From NCBI GenBank assembly GCA_965249275.1, contig CBDFLQ010000005.1:352001-416000 (forward strand): 64,000 nt of DNA. Reading direction: 5' to 3'. The stretch comes from Dehalococcoidia bacterium (GTDB lineage: Bacteria; Chloroflexota; Dehalococcoidia; Plut-88900). Made by a program: the position numbers and the translations under genes. The notes beneath the pieces are model-generated. The model was not told the DNA's origin and ran no database searches. It saw only the letters and a list, made by a program, of their open reading frames with translations. Below, piece by piece: positions 10,908 through 20,074 of the stretch. Each line of letters begins with the position of its first letter. Within the stretch, counting starts at the first letter, position 1.

Positions 10908-11882
10908 CTAGTTCTTCCTGATGAGAACGTAGGGCGGGAGCTCCATGAGGGCTTTGCGGTATTGGGTGTCGGGGAGGGGGGAGAGGGCATCCTCGGCTTT
11001 GCGGCAGAAGTCGGTGGCGATGGCGTAGGAATCCTCGATAACCGAGGAGTTGTTGATCATCTCCAAGGCTCGTTGCAGGGGCTTGTCGTCCCCCGGGGCC
11101 TGGAAGATTGCCTTCACCGGGTCCTCGTCGGGGTACCTTTCCTGGAGCAGCAGAGCCGGCAGGGTGAGTACACCATGGGCCAGGTCTGCCCCAACGGGTT
11201 TGCCGACTTCCTTTTCCGTCCCCTGGAAGTCGAGAATGTCGTCGATTATCTGGAAGGCCATGCCCAGGCAGTAGCCGAAGGTGTGGAACCTTTCGACCGT
11301 GTCTTCGGGAGCGCCGCTCAGTATGGCCCCGGACTCCGCCGCAGTGGTGAAGAGCGACGCTGTCTTCTGACGGATCCTCTCATAGTAGTCGTCCCTCCCG
11401 GTCGTCCAGTCGAAGGCGCCTAGTCGTTCCTGAAGCTCGCCGCGGGAGAGGTACATTATCGTCTCGGAAAAGAGGCGTATGACCCTGACGTTCTCGGTGG
11501 CGCAGACGAACGTCGCAGACTTGGCGAAGAGGTAGTCACCGACCAGAACCGCAGCGTTGTCTCCCCAGAGGTTGCTGATGGTCGGCTTTCCGCGTCGGAT
11601 GGCCGCCTTGTCTATGGTGTCGTCGTGGACAAGGGTGGCGATGTGGAGAAGCTCGACGGCGCAGGCCATGAGCCGGGGTGAGGCGGGATCGTGGTCATGG
11701 AACTTGGAGGAGAGGATGGTGATGGCGGGCCTCGTGCCCTTGCCTATGCTCTTCAGAGCGTGAGCGAGCATAGCCGCCAGGCCGGGAAAGTCCTCTTCGG
11801 CGATGGCAACCAAGTCTGACCTGACCAGGTTAAGCTCTTCCCTGATCGGTTTGTAGATAGACAGCGACTTGGCAGAGGGCAT
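10908..11882 (-). CDS. Polyprenyl diphosphate synthase (IspB/HepT family)
   Basis: FARM LVHDDTIDKAAIRRGK and SARM FQIIDDILD; GKPVGADL. Confidence 0.93.
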   Translation of the reverse strand: MPSAKSLSIYKPIREELNLVRSDLVAIAEEDFPGLAAMLAHALKSIGKGTRPAITILSSKFHDHDPASPRLMACAVELLHIATLVHDDTIDKAAIRRGKPTISNLWGDNAAVLVGDYLFAKSATFVCATENVRVIRLFSETIMYLSRGELQERLGAFDWTTGRDDYYERIRQKTASLFTTAAESGAILSGAPEDTVERFHTFGYCLGMAFQIIDDILDFQGTEKEVGKPVGADLAHGVLTLPALLLQERYPDEDPVKAIFQAPGDDKPLQRALEMINNSSVIEDSYAIATDFCRKAEDALSPLPDTQYRKALMELPPYVLIRKN

Positions 11883-11897
11883 GGGCAGACGTTGTCC

Positions 11898-13568
11898 TTA
11901 GCCCGAGACCTGTTCCAGCCTGGCGGTCTCCACCTCGGCCACTTCGTCTTCCAGCTTGGTGAACAGGGGTGAAGGCTTCTGAAGCTCGCGTCCAGGGACG
12001 GGGGCCTCGATCTTCCACTCAGAGCGCTCGTCCAACTCACCCAGGCCCAGGTAGCCGTGCAGCATCCGGGAACTGAAGGGCAAGAACGGATAGAGCATGG
12101 TCTTCAGGGCCGTGACAACGGAGATAGCACACCAGAGAGTCGTGGCGGCGGCGTCCTTGTCTTCCTTGACCTGCCGCCACGGAGCCTTACGGTCGAGGTA
12201 GCGGTTCGCCTCCTGGGCCAGGCCTACTGCCTGCCTGATGGCCTCCTTGAAACGGCACCGGTATAGAAGATCGTCAACTTCGGCGAAAGTCTGGTTGATC
12301 TTGTCGAGCATATCCGTTTCGTCGGAAGAGAGGGGTCCGGGCGACGGGACCTTGCCATCGAAGTTCCGGTAGGTAATTGTCAGCACCCGGTGCACGAGAT
12401 TGCCGTAGGTGCCGACAAGCTCGCCGTTGTTCCTACGCACGAACTCACCCCATGTAAAGTCGGAGTCCGAGGTGTCGGGCATGTTGGCCGAGAGGTAGTA
12501 CCTCATTAGGTCGGGGGGGAAGTTGTCCAGGTAGTCGTTGAGCCAAACGGCCCAGTTACGGCTGGTGGAAAGCTGCCTGCCGTCGATGTTCAGGAACTCG
12601 TTGGCGGGGACGTCATAGGGGATAGCCCGGCCGCCGTAGCCGAGCAGGATCGCCGGCCAGATGATCGTGTGGAAGGGGATGTTGTCCTTGCCGATGAAAT
12701 AGTATGTCTTCGCGTCATCTCCCCAGAAGTCCCGCCACTTCTCGGGCGTGCCGCGGTTTTTGGCCCACTCTATGCTCGCCGAAAGGTAGCCGATTACCGC
12801 TTCGAACCAGACGTATATTCTTTTGTCGTCGAGACCCGGCAAGGGAATTGGGATTCCCCAGTCAATGTCCCGGGTGATGGCCCTGTCTTTCAACCCGTCC
12901 TTGAGCATCTGGAGGGTGAAGTTCTGCACGTTGGTGCGCCAGTGGTCCTGGGTCTCGACCCATTCGATAAGCCGGTCCTGAAAGGCGCTCAGCTTAAGGA
13001 AGTGGTGCTCCGACCTGCGAATCTCCGGCGTAGCGCCACAGACCCGGCACTTCAGGTCCAGGAGGTCGGTGGGATTGAGAGGTTTGCCGCAGGCATCACA
13101 CTGGTCGCCGCGGGCCCCGGTGTTGGCGCAATAGGGACACGTGCCTTCCACGTAGCGGTCGGGGAGGTAGCGGTTGCAGCTGGGGCAGTGGGGGAGCATC
13201 ATCCCATCTTTGTAGATGTACTCCTTGGAAAGAAGGTCCAGGAAGATATCCTGCACGACCTCCTGGTGGTTCTTAGTCCGGGTAGTGGTGAATAGGTCGA
13301 AGGAGATGCCCATCCGGTCCCAGGACTCGAGGAACAGGGCTTGGAACTTGTCCACGATCTCCTGGGGGGATACGCCTTCTTTCTCAGCGCGGAGGGTAAT
13401 TGGGGTGCCGTGCTGGTCGCTGCCCGAGACCATCAGGACCTCGTTGCCCTTGGCGCGATGGTATCGGGCGAAGATGTCTGCGGGGAGGTAGGCCCCGGCC
13501 AAGTGGCCCAAGTGTAAAGGGCCGTTGGCGTAGGGCCAAGCGACTGCTACTAAGATGCGTTCGGACAA
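11898..13568 (-). CDS. metG: Methionine--tRNA ligase
   Basis: AWPYANGPLHLGH, zinc knuckles, YVWFEAVIGY, GKDNIPFH, QLSTS (KMSKS-like). Confidence 0.97.
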   Translation of the reverse strand: MSERILVAVAWPYANGPLHLGHLAGAYLPADIFARYHRAKGNEVLMVSGSDQHGTPITLRAEKEGVSPQEIVDKFQALFLESWDRMGISFDLFTTTRTKNHQEVVQDIFLDLLSKEYIYKDGMMLPHCPSCNRYLPDRYVEGTCPYCANTGARGDQCDACGKPLNPTDLLDLKCRVCGATPEIRRSEHHFLKLSAFQDRLIEWVETQDHWRTNVQNFTLQMLKDGLKDRAITRDIDWGIPIPLPGLDDKRIYVWFEAVIGYLSASIEWAKNRGTPEKWRDFWGDDAKTYYFIGKDNIPFHTIIWPAILLGYGGRAIPYDVPANEFLNIDGRQLSTSRNWAVWLNDYLDNFPPDLMRYYLSANMPDTSDSDFTWGEFVRRNNGELVGTYGNLVHRVLTITYRNFDGKVPSPGPLSSDETDMLDKINQTFAEVDDLLYRCRFKEAIRQAVGLAQEANRYLDRKAPWRQVKEDKDAAATTLWCAISVVTALKTMLYPFLPFSSRMLHGYLGLGELDERSEWKIEAPVPGRELQKPSPLFTKLEDEVAEVETARLEQVSG

Positions 13569-13646
13569 TGCATAAGCCCTCGGGGGAACAGGATGATTCT
13601 AGCACGGGGTGGGGGGAGGGGCAATTCTCAGACCACCGTTGCTGCT

Positions 13647-13775
13647 CTCAGCAATCAGCAGCGTACGTCACTATCCCCGCTCATACTTCGAGAGCCTCAG
13701 CACGAGCGGCCCCACCCCAGGGATGGATTCACGCCTCGGCGCATCTTCGACCGGCTCCGGGGCCGGAATGACGGA
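13647..13775. repeat. Composite REP direct repeat, left of higBA
   Basis: Near-identical to 14464-14593 in the same orientation. Confidence 0.85.
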
Positions 13776-13791
13776 CCTCTGACCGTGTGGG

Positions 13792-13824
13792 GGTGATGCA
13801 TGACGATTGACGTCATGCATCACC
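13792..13824 (+). promoter_or_regulatory. Probable HigA operator overlapping the higBA -35 element
   Basis: Perfect 14-bp inverted repeat GGTGATGCATGACG-attga-CGTCATGCATCACC containing TTGACG, with TATATT downstream. Confidence 0.65.
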
Positions 13825-13844
13825 GTATTGTATATTGAGTCGGC

Positions 13845-14129
13845 ATGATTCTTGGATACAGTGACAGCAGGACCCGGCGGTTTGCAGAGGGATTGTTCGT
13901 TCCTGCGTTCCAAGGTTTTGAGAAGCAAGCGGCAAAGCGGTTATCCATTTTGAACGCGGCACCGTTCCTGGACACCTTGAGAAAATTGCCAAGCAATCGT
14001 ATAGAGGCCCTAAGGGGAGCGAGAGACGGGCAATATTCGATCAGGATTAACCAGCAATGGCGCATCTGTTTCACATGGGCGGGAGGTGATGAAGGGCCTT
14101 ATGACGTTGAAATCGTGGACTATCACTAG
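13845..14129 (+). CDS. higB: HigB (RelE/ParE-family) toxin
   Basis: PSNRIEALRGARDGQYSIRINQQWRICF...VEIVDYH. Confidence 0.93.
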   Translation: MILGYSDSRTRRFAEGLFVPAFQGFEKQAAKRLSILNAAPFLDTLRKLPSNRIEALRGARDGQYSIRINQQWRICFTWAGGDEGPYDVEIVDYH

Positions 14130-14146
14130 AAGGGGAGAATAGGGAC

Positions 14147-14434
14147 ATGTTTAGTCGGTCGGTTCATCCGGGAGAAATACTCAAGGACGAATTGGAGGAG
14201 TTCGGCGTGAGCCAGGCGGCTTTCGCCCGCCAGATCGACGTGCCGCCGAATCGGGTCAGTCAGATAATCACCGGGAAGAGGTCGGTAACTGGGGATACGG
14301 CGTTGCGGTTCGGGCACTGGTTCGGGATCGAGCCTCAGTTCTGGCTAAATCTCCAAAGCCAGTTTGACTTGGCTACGGCAGAACGTAGAGCTGGGGCAGA
14401 AATCAAGGCTCTACCCAAGGCGACTCGGGAATAA
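14147..14434 (+). CDS. higA: HigA antitoxin (HTH_3)
   Basis: VHPGEILKDE...RSVTGDTALR...PQFWLNLQ. Confidence 0.93.
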   Translation: MFSRSVHPGEILKDELEEFGVSQAAFARQIDVPPNRVSQIITGKRSVTGDTALRFGHWFGIEPQFWLNLQSQFDLATAERRAGAEIKALPKATRE

Positions 14435-14463
14435 CGGAGGGGCGGGAGGGGATGGGAGGTCTC

Positions 14464-14593
14464 CTCAGCATCAGCGGCGAATGTTACCCCCTCCCCGCTC
14501 ATACTTCGACGGGCTCAGCACGAGCGGCCCCACCCCAGGGATGGATTCACGCCTCGGCGCATCTTCGACCGGCTCGGGGGGCGGAATGACGGA
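14464..14593. repeat. Composite REP direct repeat, right of higBA
   Basis: Near-identical to 13647-13775. Confidence 0.85.
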
Positions 14594-14687
14594 ACGTGGA
14601 TGTGAGATATAAAGAGGACGTTGCGCAACCCCATTTGCCCACCTTCCCTTGCGGCGTTATCCTTGCCTCCGACCCAGGGAGGCCCCT

Positions 14688-15995
14688 TTGCCAAGCAATA
14701 CACGCTACCGTTCAGTTAGAGGCACGGAAGACATCCTGCCCGACGCCCAGCCAAGATGGCGCAGTGTCCGGGACACTATGGTTTCCGTCTGCGAGCGGTA
14801 TTCGTACGGCCAGATAGATACGCCGATCTTCGAGGACTACAACCTTTTTGTGCGGGGAGTCGGGGAGGTGACGGATATCGTGGAGAAGGAGATGTACCTG
14901 ATCCCCGACAGATCGGGCAGCGACACCCTGGCCCTCCGCCCTGAGGCCACCGCCGCCGTCTGCCGCGCCTACCTCCAGCACGGTCTCCACACCCGGCCTC
15001 AGCCCATACGCCTATACACGGTCATGGCCCCGATGTTCCGCTACTCCAGGCCGCAGTCGGGGCGGCTCAGGCAGTTCCACCAGCTGAACGTCGAGGCGAT
15101 AGGAGACCCTGACGCGACTGTCGACGCGGAGATTCTTGGGCTCTGCTGGCAGGTGTTCGCAGAGCTGGGCCTGACGGGCCTCACCCTCCAGCTGAACAGC
15201 ATCGGCGATGCCGCGTGCCGTCCCGCATACGTGCAGGCGCTCAAGTCTTACTACGGAGAACGGGTCGAGCAGCTGTGCCGGGACTGCACGGCGCGGCTGG
15301 ACAGGGCGCCACTACGGCTGCTCGACTGCAAGGAAGAGAGATGTCAGCCATTTATCGAAGGGGCGCCCCGCAGCCGCGACCTTCTCTGCGCCGAGTGCGA
15401 GGCCCATTTCGCCGACCTGGTCGGCTTTCTGGAAGCGATGGACGTGCCCTTTGTGCTCGACCACCGGCTGGTCCGGGGGCTGGACTACTACACCCGCACG
15501 GTATTCGAGGTACAGACTGAGGCAGAAGGGGGTCAAAACGCACTCGGGGGTGGGGGGAGGTACGACGGGTTGATAGAGGAGATTGGCGGTAAGCCTACGC
15601 CGGGTGTCGGGTTTGCGATGGGCATCGAGCGGATAATTCTCAACCTGGAGAAGCAGGCCGTGGCGGCTCCCGAGCCACAATTGCCCTCGGTCTTCGTGGC
15701 CTACGTCGGGCAGAAGGCAAGGGAGCGGGCGGTCGTGCTGTCCGCGGAGCTGGTTAGGGCGGGTGTTGCGAACGTGCTCGGTCCTGCATCGAAGAGTCTG
15801 AAGGCGCAACTGCGGCAGGCGGGGGGGATGGGGGTGCCTTACGTGGCGATCATCGGAGAGGATGAGGCGGAGCGGGGGGTGGTGACGCTGCGGAATATGT
15901 CGGAGAGGACGCAGGAGGAGGTTGGGGTGGGGGGGCTTGTCTCCGCGCTGCATCACTCGGGATCACCCTCACTGTACGACCGGGGACATGGGTAA
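14688..15995 (+). CDS. hisS: Histidine--tRNA ligase (last few codons supplied by IS481)
   Basis: RGTEDILP, LRPEATA, GRLRQFHQ, LVRGLDYYTRTVFE, GGGRYDGL; TTG start after GGGAGG. Confidence 0.96.
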   Translation: MPSNTRYRSVRGTEDILPDAQPRWRSVRDTMVSVCERYSYGQIDTPIFEDYNLFVRGVGEVTDIVEKEMYLIPDRSGSDTLALRPEATAAVCRAYLQHGLHTRPQPIRLYTVMAPMFRYSRPQSGRLRQFHQLNVEAIGDPDATVDAEILGLCWQVFAELGLTGLTLQLNSIGDAACRPAYVQALKSYYGERVEQLCRDCTARLDRAPLRLLDCKEERCQPFIEGAPRSRDLLCAECEAHFADLVGFLEAMDVPFVLDHRLVRGLDYYTRTVFEVQTEAEGGQNALGGGGRYDGLIEEIGGKPTPGVGFAMGIERIILNLEKQAVAAPEPQLPSVFVAYVGQKARERAVVLSAELVRAGVANVLGPASKSLKAQLRQAGGMGVPYVAIIGEDEAERGVVTLRNMSERTQEEVGVGGLVSALHHSGSPSLYDRGHG

Positions 15996-17273
15996 CAGTT
16001 AGACCGAGGACATAGGTAACACTTTGACTGGGGTTTTGTCGACCCTTCTGGTGGGGTCATCAAGGAGTCCGATGATGAGTGGCCCGAACTGTATGGACCA
16101 GGTTCGTTCGTCTATCTGGACCAGGCCGATGGGTTCGCCCTTGAGGGACTCGCTCACGTAGAGCATATCTCCCTTCCACTTGATCTGTCCGTTGCTGCGG
16201 ACACTACGTACGGTGACACCGGCGTTGTACTCGGGCGAGCTGATACGTGTGGGATAGGGTCTGATCGAGGGCGTGTACAGCCGGCTTGGTGGTTGCTGCC
16301 CCAGGGCCTCATGTGGCCTCTCGAAGTTGTAGGTGTGTCTGAAGCGTTCGAGGGCTCTGCGTTGTCGTCTCCAGTTGGCCTTTGGAGGTGTTGCGGTCTC
16401 GGCCTTGAGGGTCCGGTGAAGGCGCTCGATGCGTCCATTCTGTTCGGGGTGACCGGGCTCTATGCGTTCGGGTACGATCCCGAGCTTGACCCACCATGCT
16501 GAGAGTGGTGAGAGGCTGCCCAGACCCACACTGGCGAAGGGCGGACCATTGTCGGTGCGTATGGCCCGAGGGATGCCGTACTCTCGGAAGGTTCTCTCCA
16601 GAGAGCGCTTGACTTCCGGGCCGGCAGGGCGGTCGAGAGGGTCGCATACCAGTAAGTAGCGGGACATGGCGTCCTGGGCTGTAAGGGGGTCTATCCGCAT
16701 TCCGTCATCCGTGCGGAACCAGCCCTTCAGGTCGATGGCCCACACGTCATTGGGGTGCCGGGCGTGGGCGAAGGGCTCGCCCCAGCGTGTAGCCCTGCGC
16801 CGCCGCTTGCGCCGCCTCACCAGACCCACACGGTCCAGTATGGCGCCCGCAGTACTGGAGGAAGGCCAGGGCACGTAGGGCTCGATGGAATGCAACCAGG
16901 CGACGATCTTCTTCGGGCCCCATGTGGGATGGGTGCGCTTCGCCTCGATGATACGCTTAGCCACCTCTATGGAAGTGGCGTTGGGATGGCTGTGAGGAGC
17001 CCGGCTTAGGTCAAGTAGACCGTCCTCACCATACGCCTCGTATCGGCCGATTATCTTGTAGCCCGTCTTGCGGCTGATCCCGGACCGGCGGCACAGCTCA
17101 GCAATAGTCTCCTCTCCCGCAGTGTGACGCTCGATGAACTGCAACCGCTCCGATTCTATGCTCGTGTCTTTCCAAGGCAACACATCTTCCTCCTCTGGGA
17201 TTGCCTAATACAATCCCACGATGTGTTACCCATGTCCCCGGTTTATGTGTTACCTTTCTGCCCGGTCTGTACC
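15973..17273 (-). mobile_element. IS481-family insertion sequence, copy 2 (1301 bp)
   Basis: Reverse complement of 4167-5467; flanked by CAC duplication inside a family A REP. Confidence 0.93.
15999..17183 (-). CDS. IS481-family DDE transposase
   Basis: Protein identical to that of 4257-5441. Confidence 0.95.
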   Translation of the reverse strand: MLPWKDTSIESERLQFIERHTAGEETIAELCRRSGISRKTGYKIIGRYEAYGEDGLLDLSRAPHSHPNATSIEVAKRIIEAKRTHPTWGPKKIVAWLHSIEPYVPWPSSSTAGAILDRVGLVRRRKRRRRATRWGEPFAHARHPNDVWAIDLKGWFRTDDGMRIDPLTAQDAMSRYLLVCDPLDRPAGPEVKRSLERTFREYGIPRAIRTDNGPPFASVGLGSLSPLSAWWVKLGIVPERIEPGHPEQNGRIERLHRTLKAETATPPKANWRRQRRALERFRHTYNFERPHEALGQQPPSRLYTPSIRPYPTRISSPEYNAGVTVRSVRSNGQIKWKGDMLYVSESLKGEPIGLVQIDERTWSIQFGPLIIGLLDDPTRRVDKTPVKVLPMSSV

Positions 17274-17621
17274 CACCCTAGCCCTCTCCCATCGAGGGAG
17301 AGGGGATAAGACCCGCCCCAATTCCGCTCTTGAGACCCTTCGACTCTGCTCAGGGCGAGCGGAATACCCCTACCCTAGGAATGGAAACGCCGTACTTCGT
17401 GTGCCGGTCCAAAGGCCGGGATGACGGGTAGGGACCACGAGGGACGGTTCTGAAGAGAGGTTAGTGGATGGGCAAGTCCTAGATCCCTCGCGGGGCCGCG
17501 GGATGAGAAGGGGTTGGGGGTGGTTTCTTCGGGACGCACTCCGTACCGGTTAGCGTGGAGGACTTGGGGGCGTGCTATACTCTAGCCTCGCCGGAGGAGC
17601 CGGCCCTCGCCTCGTTGAGCC

Positions 17622-19247
17622 ATGACTAAACTCCGAGCAGCTCTCGCCCAGATCAACACCACCGTCGGCGACCTGCGAGGCAACACGGCCAAGATTCTCG
17701 AGTATATCGACCGGGCCCGGGCCGAGGGCGCCGATCTCGTAACCTTCCCCGAGTTGACTATCACGGGCTACCCCCCCGAAGACCTGCTCTATAAGCACAA
17801 CCTTATTCGCGATAACCGCGAGCGTCTCGACGAGGTTATCGAGCATTCGGTGGGGATTGCCGTGGTAGTCGGGTTCGTCGATAGGGATGGGGAGCTTTTC
17901 AACGCCGCAGCGGTGATACAGGACCGGCGGCTTCTCGGCATCTATCACAAGATCCACCTGCCCAACTACAGCGTCTTCGACGAAAAGCGGTATTTCCAGT
18001 CGGGCAGTGAATGTCCGGTCTTCGACATCAACGGGACGTGCGTCGGGGTGAACGTGTGTGAGGACATCTGGTTCGAGTCGGGGCCGACCAACGTCCAGAG
18101 CAAGGCCGGGGCGCGGATCATCATGAACATCAACGGCTCGCCCTATCACCGGGGCAAGGGCCGGTTCAGGGAGCAGATGCTGGCCGACCGGGCACGGGAC
18201 AACGGGGTCTACGTCTTCTACACCAACCTGGTCGGGGGGCAGGACGAGCTGGTATTCGACGGAGGAAGCTGCGTCTTCTCTCCGTCGGGGGATGTGCTGG
18301 CGCGAGGCAAGCAGTTCGAAGAGCACCTGCTTATGGTGGATATCGATCCCGACGCCACTCACCCCGCCGTCGACCCTGCACCCGAGCCCGCTCTCGCCGA
18401 CCTGGAAGAGGTCTACGAGGCACTGACAATCGGGACGCGGGACTACGTTCGAAAGAACGGCTTCGAGAAGGTCGTAATCGGGCTGTCGGGGGGGATCGAT
18501 TCCACATTGACGGCAACCATCGCAGCGGACGCCCTTGGGCCTGAGAACGTGGTCGTCGTGACAATGCCGTCCCGGTACTCGTCGGAAGGGTCGATCGCAG
18601 ATTCTGACATCCTGGCGAAGAATCTCGGAGTGAAGCTGTGGAACATCTCGATTGAGGACATGTTTCAGTCGAGCCTCGACTCGCTGGACCCGCTGTTTGC
18701 GGGCACGGGGTCGGGCGTCGCGGAGGAGAACCTGCAGGCCCGGATGCGGGGCAACCTGCTGATGGCGATCTCCAACAAGTTCGGGTGGCTGGTGCTGACC
18801 ACGGGCAACAAGAGCGAGATGGCGATGGGCTACGGCACGCTGTACGGCGATATGGCCGGGGGGTTTGCGGTGATCAAGGACGTGCCCAAGGTGCTGGTCT
18901 ACGAGCTGGCCGAGACCCGCAACGCCCGGGGCCCGAGCCCGGTTATCCCTCAGAGCGTTATCGACAAGGAGCCCAGCGCAGAGCTGCGCCCCGACCAGAA
19001 GGACACCGACAGCCTGCCTCCCTACAGCGTTCTTGACCCGGTGCTGGAGGCCTACGTGGAGCAGGACAAGTCTCCGGCGGACATCATAGGCATGGGGTTC
19101 GACGAGGAGATGGTGAAGCGGGTGATCAAGGCGGTGGACCGGAACGAGTACAAGCGTCGGCAGGCGGCGCCTGGGGTGAAGATCACGCCGAGGAACTTCG
19201 GGCGGGACCGCCGGATGCCGATTGTGAATTGGTATCGGGGGTTTTGA
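17622..19247 (+). CDS. nadE: Glutamine-dependent NAD+ synthetase
   Basis: CN-hydrolase domain (FPEL, K, CEDIW) fused to SGGIDS, ENLQAR, TTGNKSE, PSAELRPDQKD, EYKRRQ. Confidence 0.96.
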   Translation: MTKLRAALAQINTTVGDLRGNTAKILEYIDRARAEGADLVTFPELTITGYPPEDLLYKHNLIRDNRERLDEVIEHSVGIAVVVGFVDRDGELFNAAAVIQDRRLLGIYHKIHLPNYSVFDEKRYFQSGSECPVFDINGTCVGVNVCEDIWFESGPTNVQSKAGARIIMNINGSPYHRGKGRFREQMLADRARDNGVYVFYTNLVGGQDELVFDGGSCVFSPSGDVLARGKQFEEHLLMVDIDPDATHPAVDPAPEPALADLEEVYEALTIGTRDYVRKNGFEKVVIGLSGGIDSTLTATIAADALGPENVVVVTMPSRYSSEGSIADSDILAKNLGVKLWNISIEDMFQSSLDSLDPLFAGTGSGVAEENLQARMRGNLLMAISNKFGWLVLTTGNKSEMAMGYGTLYGDMAGGFAVIKDVPKVLVYELAETRNARGPSPVIPQSVIDKEPSAELRPDQKDTDSLPPYSVLDPVLEAYVEQDKSPADIIGMGFDEEMVKRVIKAVDRNEYKRRQAAPGVKITPRNFGRDRRMPIVNWYRGF

Positions 19248-19767
19248 GGGGAGGGGGTGATTCGCGATTGAGCGGAATTCCCCGCCCCAGATCCCTCGTG
19301 GAGCCTCGGGATGACATGGGGGCAAGCCCGCTGAGATATTGAGTTGTGGTGGGAGCTTGGTTTTGGTTGTTGGGAGGGGGCAGGCGATGGAAGGTCCGTG
19401 ACTAGAAACCAGGCCGGGGGTTGCTGCCGAGCCGTCGGCACCGGGCTGGATTATCCCCACACGTTGCCGGCTGTGGTCAGGGTTGTGTGGGGCAGATCCC
19501 AAATCGTGAGCGGCACATGACCGGACCGCTGACGTGGAAGATGCCGCCTGAGGCGGTCTTTCAGAACCGGCGTCCCGGTGCATCCGCCGGGTAGACGGGT
19601 GGCAGGGACGGCGGGACAAACAAGGACACGAGGGCCTTGCTAAACCGGTGGTCGGTTGACCTACCGGGAAAACCGGCACGCAATGGGCCGGGGTAAACGC
19701 ACCCGATGATGGGGGGCGTTGAATCGGCAGGGGCGTCGTTGGACGGGGCCTGCCGAGCATAGTCTGT

Positions 19768-20022
19768 GGATCTTCCATCGCCTGGGTTGCGGGGGAAGGT
19801 GAGCCTGGGCCTTTGGTATGAGGAGATGGCGGCGTTTGCTTGAGCCGGGCACTGCTGATGCAGAGCCACGGGATGGGCTTAGACGTTGAGTCCTCCGGTG
19901 GGCCGGGGCTGTGGTTCCCCCTGGGCTGTGGTTCCTCCTTGGGTTTAGGGTGAGTGATTGGCCAATCGGGGGTGAATATAGTACAGATGTACAATTCGGG
20001 TCAAGGGGTTCGTGTCACTTTT
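19768..20022 (-). repeat. ~260-bp dispersed non-coding element, copy 2
   Basis: Colinear with 344-600; TTGACC-18nt-TATATT and GTACAGATGTAC. Confidence 0.8.
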
Positions 20023-20074
20023 GGGGGGGAGGGGTTATCCTAATCCATCAAGGGATAGGGGAGAGGACAGATAA

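Noticed and set aside
13647-14593. Integron attC cassette
   Set aside because: Flanks are genome-wide REP composites without a clear RYYYAAC/GTTRRRY pattern; no integron integrase in the window.
17550-19994. 814-aa minus-strand ORF
   Set aside because: Antisense shadow of nadE plus non-coding repeat; Pro/Arg/His-rich with no motifs.
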